From an uncultured Gemmatimonadales bacterium (lineage in GTDB: Bacteria > Gemmatimonadota > Gemmatimonadetes > Gemmatimonadales > GWC2-71-9): a stretch of 64,000 nt of DNA. The DNA lies in contig CAWCVB010000006.1 of assembly GCA_963798915.1 (NCBI GenBank), positions 352,001-416,000 on the forward strand, given 5' to 3'. Positions 19,192 to 28,307 of this stretch are shown here, piece after piece (the stretch's first letter is position 1; each line of letters starts with the position of its first letter). The notes below the pieces were generated by a model. The model did no database searches and was not told the origin of the DNA. It worked only from the letters and a program-made list of their open reading frames with translations. A program made the translations under genes and the position numbers.

Positions 19192-19868
19192 CCGCCGTAG
19201 CCCACGGCGTAGGCGAACAGATTCACCCCCATGCGCAGGGCGGCCTCGCGCTTCTCGGGCGGGTCATGGTGGACGTCGGGGTCTTCCCAGCCGTCGCCGA
19301 GATCACTTTCGTAGGAGTAGTACACGACCAGTCGGCCATCGAGAAAAATGCCAAAGCCCTGCGCTGGCTTGCCGTCGTGCTCGTGGATCTTGGGTATTCC
19401 GTCCGGCATCTCATAGATCAGGTGGTAAATCGGGTGATTCAGCGGGACTTCTTCCAGTTGGTGCTCGGGAAAGAGACGATTGAGCTCGCGTCGGATGGAA
19501 ACGTCCATGCCGTAGTTATCGTCAGCGTGGAGGAAGCCGCCACGGCGCAGGTACTGGCGCAATGTGGCCAGCTGCGGGTCGCTGAAGTGCACGTTGCCGT
19601 GCCCTGTCATGTAGATATATGGGACGTTCCAGAGATCATCGGCGTCAAGCGTGACGACCTGTTCGGCGGGAGCCGTCCGCAGCGCGGTGCGGGTCCGGAC
19701 CGCCGCCAGCAGGTTGGGCAAGCTCGAGGGATTCGCGTACCAGTCGCCGCCACCGTCGTAGTGCAACCGGCCTACCGTCAGGTCGGTGCCGCTCTCCTGC
19801 GCCATGGCAACCCCGGGTGCAACCGCGAGACAGGCCACGACGGAAATCCAGGCAATTCGAGCCATCAC
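19188..19868 (-). CDS. DUF4159 domain protein, exported
   Basis: Signal peptide; YDGGGDWY, YMTGHG, GGFLHADD, HPIYH, DLGDGWE, MGVN. Confidence 0.85.
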   Translation of the reverse strand: MMARIAWISVVACLAVAPGVAMAQESGTDLTVGRLHYDGGGDWYANPSSLPNLLAAVRTRTALRTAPAEQVVTLDADDLWNVPYIYMTGHGNVHFSDPQLATLRQYLRRGGFLHADDNYGMDVSIRRELNRLFPEHQLEEVPLNHPIYHLIYEMPDGIPKIHEHDGKPAQGFGIFLDGRLVVYYSYESDLGDGWEDPDVHHDPPEKREAALRMGVNLFAYAVGYGG

Positions 19869-20713
19869 GTACCCCGATCAGTCTCCAGGTCATTCACGAG
19901 GCGGTACGCTTCGTTACGCGGCCACCCGAGCGCTGCTGCGACTGTCGCCGCCACATCCTTTCGGCTGGCGCCGCGCGCCAGCAGCATCCGCGCATGCTCC
20001 TCCGCAGCCGCCCGATCCCGCGGCCCCTCGGGCGCCGCGTCGGCTGCACCCAGCACCAGCGTGACCTCTCCACGCGGAGGGACGCTGGTGTAGTGCTGCA
20101 GCAGCGCCTCCAGGCCCTCCGTACGGATTTCCTCGTGGATTTTCGTCAGCTCACGTGCCACCGCCGCCGGCCGGTTCGGTCCCGCAACGCGGACGAGGTC
20201 CTCCAGAAGCCCGACCAGCCGCCCCGGGGCCTCGAAGAACACCACAGGCCACGGTTCCGAGACGGCTCGCTCGAGGAGTCGCTGGCGCTCCGGCCCCTTG
20301 CGAGGCAGAAAACCAAGAAAGAGATACCGATCGCCGCCCAGTCCGCACCCCGAGAGCGCAGTTGCAACGGCGGACGGCCCTGGAATGGGGACGACTGTGT
20401 GACCCGCGGCGCGCACCGACTGGACCAGGTCAGCCCCTGGGTCGCTGATCAGCGGCGTGCCGGCATCTGAAACGATTGCCAGGTCGTGACCCTGCTCGAG
20501 CAGAGCCAGCAGCCCGGCGACCCGCGACGCGGGTGAATGGGCGTGGAAGGAGAGGAGACGGGGACTGGCGCCCAAATGGGTCAGGAGATGGCGGGTGCGC
20601 CGGGTGTCCTCCGCAGCCACAACGGGAACCTGGCGGAGGACCGCCGCGGCGCGCGCGGACAGGTCCTCAAGGTTGCCGAGCGGGGTGGCAACGACGTAAA
20701 GCGTTGCACTCAC
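19865..20713 (-). CDS. rsmI: 16S rRNA C1402 2'-O-methyltransferase
   Basis: LYVVATPLGNLED, AEDTR, SDAGTPLISDPG, ARELTK. Confidence 0.95.
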   Translation of the reverse strand: MSATLYVVATPLGNLEDLSARAAAVLRQVPVVAAEDTRRTRHLLTHLGASPRLLSFHAHSPASRVAGLLALLEQGHDLAIVSDAGTPLISDPGADLVQSVRAAGHTVVPIPGPSAVATALSGCGLGGDRYLFLGFLPRKGPERQRLLERAVSEPWPVVFFEAPGRLVGLLEDLVRVAGPNRPAAVARELTKIHEEIRTEGLEALLQHYTSVPPRGEVTLVLGAADAAPEGPRDRAAAEEHARMLLARGASRKDVAATVAAALGWPRNEAYRLVNDLETDRGT

Positions 20714-21048
20714 CCCAGGTGCTTTGTGATTCGCTCCAGCAGTGTGGCCTTGGGAACGGCACCGACCACCGTATCGACGTGCCGGCCATCACGGAAGAAG
20801 AGAATGCTTGGAATGGACCGGACGTTGAACCGCTGGGTGATGCTCTGATTGGCGTCCACGTCGACCTTGGCCACGCGCAGCTTGCCCGCATGCTCAGCGG
20901 CCAGCTGTTCGAGGACCGGCGCGATGGCTTGGCACGGTCCACACCATGTCGCCCAGAAATCGACCAGCACAAGCCCGGCGGCCTGTTCCACCTCGGCGGC
21001 GAACGTGTCATCGGTGACGTGCGCGATCTGGGTGTTGGTTGCGCTCAT
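20710..21048 (-). CDS. trxA: Thioredoxin
   Basis: VDFWATWCGPC; ATG at 21048 with SD. Confidence 0.95.
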   Translation of the reverse strand: MSATNTQIAHVTDDTFAAEVEQAAGLVLVDFWATWCGPCQAIAPVLEQLAAEHAGKLRVAKVDVDANQSITQRFNVRSIPSILFFRDGRHVDTVVGAVPKATLLERITKHLG

Positions 21049-21152
21049 CCTGTTATTCTCCAGTCTGGTACTGGCCGCAGTGCGGCCGGTTCTGAAAATG
21101 AACGGAGCCACGGTGACCGCCCGGGCTCCGAAACTCCTGCAAGGAGACGCCG

Positions 21153-21548
21153 GTGACCTCCGCGCCTCGCATCGCGCACGTCGGCATTGCCGTCCCGGAT
21201 CTCGAGGCGGCCGCCGGATTCTATCGCGACGTGCTCGGACTCAAGGCCCATCCGCCGGAACAGGCTGATGGCGCCGACATCATGAGCTTCTCGCTGGGCG
21301 AGTCGGCGATTGAGCTCTTGGCGCCGAGGGATCCGGACAGTCCGATCGGGCGGTTCCTGGCCCGGCGAGGCTCGGGCATTCATCACGTCTGCTACCGCGT
21401 TCCCGATCTGGATGCTGCCCTGGACGCATGCCGGGCGCTCGGCTACCGACTCGTCGACGAAGCGCCCCGGAGCGGCGCCGGCGGCTGCCGGATCGCCTTC
21501 CTGCATCCGCGCTCGACCGCCGGCATCCTGATCGAACTCACTGAATGA
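21153..21548 (+). CDS. mce: Methylmalonyl-CoA epimerase
   Basis: HVGIAV, IELL, GIHHVC, FLHP, LIELTE VOC motifs; GGAG SD. Confidence 0.9.
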   Translation: MTSAPRIAHVGIAVPDLEAAAGFYRDVLGLKAHPPEQADGADIMSFSLGESAIELLAPRDPDSPIGRFLARRGSGIHHVCYRVPDLDAALDACRALGYRLVDEAPRSGAGGCRIAFLHPRSTAGILIELTE

Positions 21549-21569
21549 ATAACGCCGATGGGTTCCCGG

Positions 21570-22040
21570 CTACTGGCTGGCGGTCGAGTCAGCGACTCCG
21601 CACCGGCGGGCCGGGCTGCCCAATGCGTCCAGATCGACCGACGAGACGACCCAGCCCTTGCCGGTACGGATCGCCGTGAAGGGCACGACCTCGTCACAGC
21701 TCCCCCTGGTCAGCTCGACCCGGAGCACCCGGCGATCGCGATGCTCGCTGTCCACCGTATTGGAAATGATCCGGAAATCGGAACCGCGGAGATAGGCCTG
21801 CATCACCACGATGCGGCGTTCGTAGTCGCTGGGCTGGTGCGTGGCGGCCGCCGGCCCCTTGGAGGTGCCCCAGAACTGCGCCATCTTGTCGAGGTTGCTG
21901 TCCGCAACCGCTCGCAAAAGACCCTGAACTGCCGCTTCCGACCCGGCCTGGGGGCTCAAGTCCTGGGCGGACGATGTCGCGGCGCCTCCGCAGGCAACGA
22001 CCAGCAGAGTGGTGGCAATGCTCAGGATGCGGTGGGACAC
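21570..22040 (-). CDS. Hypothetical lipoprotein (possibly NTF2-like fold)
   Basis: GGAGA SD plus GTG at 22040; lipobox LVVAC; ends with GWVVSSVDL. Confidence 0.7.
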   Translation of the reverse strand: MSHRILSIATTLLVVACGGAATSSAQDLSPQAGSEAAVQGLLRAVADSNLDKMAQFWGTSKGPAAATHQPSDYERRIVVMQAYLRGSDFRIISNTVDSEHRDRRVLRVELTRGSCDEVVPFTAIRTGKGWVVSSVDLDALGSPARRCGVADSTASQ

Positions 22041-22106
22041 GTGAGTCTCCGGGCAGAAAGCTAGTGGCGAAGATAATCGAACGTGAAACCTGCTAACAAC
22101 CGGGCG

Positions 22107-22811
22107 ATGCGCCTCTATATCAATGTCGACCATGTGGCCACCGTGCGTCAGGCACGGCGCACCGACGAACCCGACCCGGTGGACGCCGCCCGCCTGGCCG
22201 AGGCGGCGGGTGCCGACGGGATCACCGCACATTTGCGGGAAGACCGCCGTCACATCCAGGATGAGGACGTGAACCGGCTTGCAAAGGCCGTGCGCACTGT
22301 GCTGAACCTGGAGCTGGCCAGTGCAGCACCGATGGTGGAATTCGCCTGTCAGCTCCGTCCTTTTCAGGCGACGCTTGTACCCGAACGTCGTGAAGAAGTG
22401 ACAACGGAGGGGGGGCTGGACCTCGCCACGCCATCGGACGTGCTGCGGCAGGCTATCGAGCGTCTTGCCGGGAGCGGCATCCGGGTCTCGCTGTTCATCG
22501 ATCCGACCGGTCCCGCTATTGAGGCGGCGGCCGGGCTCGGCGTGCCGGCCGTCGAGTTGCACACCGGCCGCTACGCCAACAGCTGGCGTACCTCGCCGGC
22601 CGCGCTGAATGAACTCCGGCAGGCAGCTGATCTGGCGCGTGATAAAGGACTCGCTGTCCACGCGGGCCACGGGTTGACGTATGCCAACGTGCGGCCCGTC
22701 GCCCAGATCGACGCGATCGAAGAGCTCAATATCGGTCACAGCGTGGTGAGCCGCGCCCTGATGGTGGGCATGGGCGAGGCCGTCGCCGAGATGGCCAGGC
22801 TGGTGCGTTGA
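22107..22811 (+). CDS. pdxJ: Pyridoxine 5'-phosphate synthase
   Basis: [42 protein letters not shown]. Confidence 0.96.
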   Translation: MRLYINVDHVATVRQARRTDEPDPVDAARLAEAAGADGITAHLREDRRHIQDEDVNRLAKAVRTVLNLELASAAPMVEFACQLRPFQATLVPERREEVTTEGGLDLATPSDVLRQAIERLAGSGIRVSLFIDPTGPAIEAAAGLGVPAVELHTGRYANSWRTSPAALNELRQAADLARDKGLAVHAGHGLTYANVRPVAQIDAIEELNIGHSVVSRALMVGMGEAVAEMARLVR

Positions 22812-22872
22812 TTCTGCCGGAGCGCAGTCATACTCTACGGACCGTAACGACCCACTTCACTTCCGAGGTCAC

Positions 22873-24576
22873 ATGAGTGCCCCGCTCGGCTCAGCTGATT
22901 TCTTCGCCCTGGAAGCTGGTGAGTGCCTGGATCAGCTCGAGATGCTCATCGCCCAGCCCGAGACGGGCGACGCGTCGCAGATGCTGCGTTACGCGCGCGC
23001 CCTGCGCGGGTCGGCGCTCATGGCCAATCAGACTTCGCTGGCGCGGGCGGCGGCCGGCTTCGAGGCCCTCGCCCGGGCTGTGCGAGACGGCAAGCGTTCG
23101 CTCGATGCGGTCGCGCGGGAGCGGGCGAGTCAAGCGGTGGATGACGTTCGACATCTTGTTCGGCGCGTCAAGGAATGGACCCCGAACGACGAGGCGCGCT
23201 CCAACCGGATTGCGAGTGAACTGGCGGCGCTGGCCGGTGGGGAGGTGCGAGATCCCCGCCAGGCGCCGGCACCGGCCGGACCGCCGCAGGCGCAGACCGG
23301 CGTTCGAGCCTTTGTCGCCAGGGAAGGCGCGCTGGTGGCAAGCGCTCTCGATCGCGCCGCCCGGTCGCTGGAGAGCACGCCGGAAGCCCGAGAGCCGCTC
23401 TATGCTGTCCTCCGCAGGATGCAGTCGCTTCGCGGCCTGGCCGAACTGGGCGAGCTGACGCCTCTGCCCGAAGTGCTCGACGGCATCGAATTGGCCGTCG
23501 GGGACCTGACCCGGCTGTTCGCACCGCCGCCGGGCGTTCCAGAGCTTCTCGATGCTGCCGCGGCCGCCCTCACGCGGATTGCCCGGGATGTGGCAGAGCG
23601 CGGCACGCCGGATCCAGCGGCGAGCGAGCCGCAGCTTTTCACCGACAGATTGCTCCGCGCCTTTGCGAGCGAGGCGGACGTGATCCCGGTGACCGAACTG
23701 CTCGATACCAGCCTGGGCGACGCGATCGTCCGTTCGGCTGCCCAACCTCAGTTCGCCGCACCGTCCCCGCTTGGCGCGGTTGAGCTCGTCAGTCACGGCG
23801 AGCACCTCGCGCAGTCCGCCGAGCAGCTCATGAATGCCCCGTCGAGCACAGCCCGCGACCTCAGGCTGTATGCGCTCGTCCCCGCTTTCCGCGCCGCGTC
23901 AGCGCCGGGCCGCGATCCCCTCACCCGTGCCCTCGCGCGACTGGCAACTGCGGCCTGCGGCGCCATCGCCGACGGCAGCGCAGCGGCCAACCTCAGTCAG
24001 TTTGCCGAGCAGCTGCGTTCGGCCGGGAGTGTGCTGCGGGGCGTCGCAGGCGAGGGACCGAGTGCGAGTCTCGCCGCCAGGCTGGACGTGATCACGGCGG
24101 CCCTGACCGGTGCCTCAGCCATAGAGATCGTCGAGACGTCGGGGAAGGAGGTCTCGCGCGCGCGCGCCGAGGATTCAGGCGTCGTCGCGATCGAGTCGCT
24201 CGCCTATGACGGGCAGTCGGTCATCCAGCCGCTCGCCGTGCCGGAGCCGGTTCCCGACCTCGTGTCTGCTCCGCCAGCTGAAGCCGAGGTGGTCTCGGTC
24301 CTGGCGCTGGCTCCCACAAATCACCTGCCGCTTGAGGCAGCGTTCACGCGCTATCATCAGCTGATCGCCACGGTGCCGGCGACCTCTTCCGGCCGGGAGA
24401 TGCCCCTGGTCGACATCATGAGCCTCTGCTATGCCGGGCGGGCAGCGCTGGAGCGTGCGGATCAACTGCGATCCGAGATTGCCTCGCGGCTGTCGCGCGA
24501 GCCCGCGCTGGCAGCAGTCGAGCCGCTGCTCCGTGAACTGCTGGATCTCGTACCCCTCGCCATGCAGCCGGTGTGA
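22873..24576 (+). CDS. Helical protein with degenerate Hpt-like repeats
   Basis: FFALEAGECLDQLE...ARALRGSALMA resembles a CheA P1/Hpt bundle; GAGG SD. Confidence 0.65.
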   Translation: MSAPLGSADFFALEAGECLDQLEMLIAQPETGDASQMLRYARALRGSALMANQTSLARAAAGFEALARAVRDGKRSLDAVARERASQAVDDVRHLVRRVKEWTPNDEARSNRIASELAALAGGEVRDPRQAPAPAGPPQAQTGVRAFVAREGALVASALDRAARSLESTPEAREPLYAVLRRMQSLRGLAELGELTPLPEVLDGIELAVGDLTRLFAPPPGVPELLDAAAAALTRIARDVAERGTPDPAASEPQLFTDRLLRAFASEADVIPVTELLDTSLGDAIVRSAAQPQFAAPSPLGAVELVSHGEHLAQSAEQLMNAPSSTARDLRLYALVPAFRAASAPGRDPLTRALARLATAACGAIADGSAAANLSQFAEQLRSAGSVLRGVAGEGPSASLAARLDVITAALTGASAIEIVETSGKEVSRARAEDSGVVAIESLAYDGQSVIQPLAVPEPVPDLVSAPPAEAEVVSVLALAPTNHLPLEAAFTRYHQLIATVPATSSGREMPLVDIMSLCYAGRAALERADQLRSEIASRLSREPALAAVEPLLRELLDLVPLAMQPV

Positions 24577-25592
24577 TCGGTACAAGCCGCCGCTCCTGGT
24601 TGGCCCTCGGCGCCGGCGTTCTCCTCGCCGGCGTCCTGCTCTGGTGGGTGCTGCGCGACGTCCACTGGGACGACCTGCGGACCCAGCTGGCCCTGGCACA
24701 TCCGGCGCTCATCGTCCTCGCAGTGTGCCTGGCCACGGCAACCTTCCCGCTTCGGGTAGTCCGGTGGCGTCTCCTGCTCCGGCGCGATGACGATGCGCCC
24801 CTGGAGTCACTCGCGCTCTGGCACGCCACGGCAATCGGGTTCATGGCCAACAACATCCTGCCATTCCGGATGGGTGAGGTCATGCGCACCTTCGCCGCGA
24901 GCAGGCTTGCGGGCGCACGTTTTTCCGCGGCACTCTCCAGCATTGCCGTCGAACGGGTGTTCGATGCCTTGACGGTTATCGGGATGCTGGCGCTCGGCCT
25001 GGTGCTGGCGGGACTGCCTGGCAACGTCGAGATCTTCGGCACGCCTGTGGCCCGGGTCGCGACCCTCTCGGGGGTCGCGGTGAGCGTGCTGCTGCTGCTG
25101 GCCCTTGCCGTCGTGAGCTTCCCCCTCGCGGCAGAACGGCTCATTCGCCAGCTGGTTCCATCGGAGGCGTTCGCGGCCCGACTGATCAATCTGGTCGAGG
25201 GAATCCGCCACGGCCTCGGAGTGCTGCGCTCTCCCGGAAGGGTGGCAGCGGTGATCGCGTGGTCAGTGGTGATCTGGCTCGTAAACGCCGCGTCGTTCTG
25301 GGTGATGTTCCGGGCTTTTGGGTTACCGGTGGGTTTGCCCGGTGCTTGCCTCCTGCAGGGCGTCCTGGTGCTGGGAATTGCGGCGCCCACGACGCCGGGC
25401 TTCATCGGTGTTTTCGAAGCAATCATCAAGGCGGTGCTGCTTCTCTTTGGCGTCGGTGCGGACCGGGCGGTAGCCTACGCCGTCACCTATCACATCACCA
25501 CGTTTCTGCCCATCGTGCTTCTGGGCGCCTGGTCCCTTCTGCATACGTCAATGACATTCAGCGCGCTCCAGCAGGCCCCCGGCCGTGACTGA
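24573..25592 (+). CDS. Lysylphosphatidylglycerol synthase TM / flippase-like (UPF0104) protein
   Basis: RWRLLL, GFMANNILPFRMGE, VERVFD, PTTPGFIGVFE. Confidence 0.85.
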   Translation: MIGTSRRSWLALGAGVLLAGVLLWWVLRDVHWDDLRTQLALAHPALIVLAVCLATATFPLRVVRWRLLLRRDDDAPLESLALWHATAIGFMANNILPFRMGEVMRTFAASRLAGARFSAALSSIAVERVFDALTVIGMLALGLVLAGLPGNVEIFGTPVARVATLSGVAVSVLLLLALAVVSFPLAAERLIRQLVPSEAFAARLINLVEGIRHGLGVLRSPGRVAAVIAWSVVIWLVNAASFWVMFRAFGLPVGLPGACLLQGVLVLGIAAPTTPGFIGVFEAIIKAVLLLFGVGADRAVAYAVTYHITTFLPIVLLGAWSLLHTSMTFSALQQAPGRD

Positions 25593-26445
25593 CCGCGTGA
25601 GCGGAAGGGCATGCGCCAAGATCAACCTCTTCCTGAGGGTCTTCGGCCCGACTGTCGCTGGCTTTCACGGGATCGAGACGCTGTTCGCGCTGACGTCGCT
25701 GGCGGACGAACTGCATGCGGAGCGACGGGACGATCCGGGGGTCACGCTCGAGGTCTCCGGACATGACACCGGCCCCCCGGCCGCGAACCTCGCCGTTCGC
25801 GCTGCGCACCTGGTCCTCGACGCGACTGGGCATCGATTCGGCGTCCACCTGCAGTTGCTGAAGCGCATCCCGCCGGGGACAGGGCTGGGCGGCGGCTCAA
25901 GTGACGCAGCCCAGGCGCTGCTCCTCGTGAACAGGCTCGCCGGCAGCGCAGTGCCCCAGCACGAGCTGTTGCAGCTGGCGGCCCGGCTGGGAAGTGACGT
26001 GCCCTTCCTGCTCTCGGGGGCTCGTCTTGCGCTGGCCTGGCATCGGGGCGAGCGCATCCTGAGACTCCCGCCGTTGCCGCCCGCGGCCGGCATCATCCTT
26101 GTCCCGCCCATCGGCGTGGCTACGGCCGACGCCTATCGCTGGCTGGATGCGTCGCGTCGGGAGGCATCGCCCCGTGGGGCACTGGCGCTTGACCTGCCGG
26201 CGCTTGAAACATGGGGAGACATTGCGCGAATGGCTGGGAATGATTTCGAGTCAGCGGTCTTCGAACGGACGCCGGAGGTGCGGGCAGCCTTTGAACGGCT
26301 TGTTGCCACCGGACCGATGCTCTGCCGGATGTCCGGCTCCGGGTCGGCGGTGGTGGCGCTCTACCGCACGCCACGCGAACGCGACGACGCCCGCCTGATG
26401 CTCAGCCCGAAGCTGGGGCGGCTGGAGCCGGTAGACGTGGGCTGA
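25585..26445 (+). CDS. ispE: 4-diphosphocytidyl-2-C-methyl-D-erythritol kinase
   Basis: AKINLFL, KRIP..GLGGGSSDAA, GSDVPF, NDFE, MSGSGS. Confidence 0.95.
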   Translation: MTDRVSGRACAKINLFLRVFGPTVAGFHGIETLFALTSLADELHAERRDDPGVTLEVSGHDTGPPAANLAVRAAHLVLDATGHRFGVHLQLLKRIPPGTGLGGGSSDAAQALLLVNRLAGSAVPQHELLQLAARLGSDVPFLLSGARLALAWHRGERILRLPPLPPAAGIILVPPIGVATADAYRWLDASRREASPRGALALDLPALETWGDIARMAGNDFESAVFERTPEVRAAFERLVATGPMLCRMSGSGSAVVALYRTPRERDDARLMLSPKLGRLEPVDVG

Positions 26446-26481
26446 GCGCTGGTCCCGGATTAGCTTTGACCTGCTTGACGC

Positions 26482-26552
26482 TGGCCCTTCGTCTAATGGC
26501 AGGACATCGGACTTTGGATCCGAGAATGGTGGTTCGAATCCACCAGGGCCAA
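26482..26552 (+). tRNA. tRNA-Gln(TTG), CCA not encoded
   Basis: Acceptor TGGCCCT/AGGGCCA (U1-A72), anticodon arm TCGGA-CTTTGGA-TCCGA, T arm GGTGG-TTCGAAT-CCACC. Confidence 0.95.
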
Positions 26553-26553
26553 T

Positions 26554-26591
26554 CACACGAAGGGCCGCCTCGCCGGGCGGCCCTTCGTGTG
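26554..26591. terminator. Perfect 16-bp hairpin, likely bidirectional terminator
   Basis: CACACGAAGGGCCGCC-tcgccg-GGCGGCCCTTCGTGTG between the convergent tRNA-Gln and lipoprotein gene. Confidence 0.75.
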
Positions 26592-26613
26592 GTGCCTGGA
26601 GAAATGCCGGAGC

Positions 26614-27078
26614 TTACGGTATCGGCGTGGCGTGGACGGCCAGCACCACGTCATTGAAGTCCACGTCGCCGCCATCTTCGAAGTCGATGATCCAGTCCGG
26701 CGAAGCGCCGCTGAGCTGGAACGCCGGCGGCGCCTTGGTCTGGTCGGAAATGATCGAAAAATTCAGCTCGGTCCCGGCCGGATAGCCATTGGACGCCGAT
26801 CCAATCGTCCAGACCTTGCCGGCGCTCTCGTAGCAGCCGTCGGAGGTCAGTTCCCGGTTGACGGGCGATGTCACCGTGATGGTGGTGCCCTTGGCCGTGC
26901 AACTGGTGCCCGTCAATGTGATGGTGAAGTAGGAAGTCTCGGCGAGCGTCGGGCACTCCGCCGTCGAACCGGCCTGGTTGCACAGGCCCGTCTCCACCGG
27001 GTTCTTCGGACCGTCATTGCTGCACGCGACAGCCAAGGCCAAGGCTGCCGCTGCCACAATACCATGGGCTTGCCGCAT
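26614..27078 (-). CDS. Lipoprotein with C-terminal LecB/DUF4114-like acidic Ca-binding motif
   Basis: GAGGA SD, lipobox LAVAC, four further Cys, C-terminal FEDGGDVDFNDVVLAV. Confidence 0.7.
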   Translation of the reverse strand: MRQAHGIVAAAALALAVACSNDGPKNPVETGLCNQAGSTAECPTLAETSYFTITLTGTSCTAKGTTITVTSPVNRELTSDGCYESAGKVWTIGSASNGYPAGTELNFSIISDQTKAPPAFQLSGASPDWIIDFEDGGDVDFNDVVLAVHATPIP

Positions 27079-27270
27079 TGGATGTGTCCTCGTTGAAATC
27101 GAGAAAGGCGCTCCACGACTCCCCTTCCCGGCGCCGTGGAGCGATGGGCCACTCCGCATCAATATCCCTATTTTCGCCGCTGCCCGCCAATCTTGCCAGT
27201 CCGTGGCAGGGTGTCCGTGACCCACCCCACCGCCCCACCGCATGCCTGCAACTCATGGCACCTGCACGAG

Positions 27271-27300
27271 TTGACCGCGCTGGTCGGGTGCTGTTATTTT
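27271..27300 (+). promoter_or_regulatory. Putative sigma70 promoter of prs
   Basis: TTGACC-N18-TATTTT with extended -10 TG. Confidence 0.45.
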
Positions 27301-27314
27301 GGAGGGCTATAACC

Positions 27315-28268
27315 ATGACGGACCTCTCAATGTCGCGGAGCCAGATGCTCCTGATGAGCGGGACGGCCAATCGGCCCCTGGCTGAGGAGGTGGCGGCACA
27401 CCTTGGCCAGCCGCTCTGCGCCATCACCATCCGGCGCTTCGCCGATGGCGAGATCTTCGTCAAGATCGACGAGAACGTGCGGGGACGGGATGTCTACATC
27501 ATCCAGTCCACCAACCCGCCGGCCGAGAACATGATGGAGCTGCTGCTCCTGATGGATGCCGCCCGGCGGGCCAGCGCGGCACGGATCACGGCCGTCATAC
27601 CCTACTTCGGGTATGCCCGGCAGGATCGTAAAGACCAGCCGCGGGTGGCCATCAGCGCCAAACTCATGGCCAACATGGTCTCCATGGCGGGGGCAGACCG
27701 GGTGCTGGCCATGGATTTCCACCAGCACCAGTTGCAGGGCTTCTTCGACCTGCCGGTGGATCACCTCTATGCGGCGCCGGTACTGGTGAACCATTTTCGC
27801 CAGAAGCAGCTGCGCGACCTGGTCATTGTGGCGCCCGATGTAGGCAGCGCCAAGATGGCGCGCGGCTTTGCCAAGCGACTGAACGCCTCGCTGGCCATTA
27901 TCGACAAGCGTCGGCCGTCGGCCAACGTGGCCGAGGTCCTCAACGTGGTCGGTGAAGTCGGTGGCCGGGATTGCATCATTCCGGACGACATGATCGACAC
28001 GGCCGGGACCATGTCCGAAGCGGTAAACGCGCTGAAGCGGCTCGGGGCCGAGGACGTGTACTGCTGCGCCACGCATGGCCTCCTGTCGGGCCCGGCGGTG
28101 GATCGCCTGGTGGCGTCGCCGGTGAAAGAAGTCGTAGTGACGAACACGATCGACATTCCGGCCGGGCGGCGCTTTGACCGGTTGCGGGTGCTTTCGATCG
28201 CCGGATTGCTGTCCAAGGCTGTGGGATATACCCACAGCGACCAGTCGGTCAGCTCGCTGTTCGAATGA
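27315..28268 (+). CDS. prs: Ribose-phosphate pyrophosphokinase
   Basis: FADGE, PYFGYARQDRK, VAPDVG, DDMIDTAGT. Confidence 0.97.
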   Translation: MTDLSMSRSQMLLMSGTANRPLAEEVAAHLGQPLCAITIRRFADGEIFVKIDENVRGRDVYIIQSTNPPAENMMELLLLMDAARRASAARITAVIPYFGYARQDRKDQPRVAISAKLMANMVSMAGADRVLAMDFHQHQLQGFFDLPVDHLYAAPVLVNHFRQKQLRDLVIVAPDVGSAKMARGFAKRLNASLAIIDKRRPSANVAEVLNVVGEVGGRDCIIPDDMIDTAGTMSEAVNALKRLGAEDVYCCATHGLLSGPAVDRLVASPVKEVVVTNTIDIPAGRRFDRLRVLSIAGLLSKAVGYTHSDQSVSSLFE

Positions 28269-28307
28269 CGGGCGCGCCCCTGCGCCGATGACACGAAGGA
28301 ATCAGAC

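Noticed and set aside
26482..27300. Integrative element at tRNA-Gln
   Set aside because: No integrase and no duplicated tRNA 3' end visible; only a single-gene insertion.
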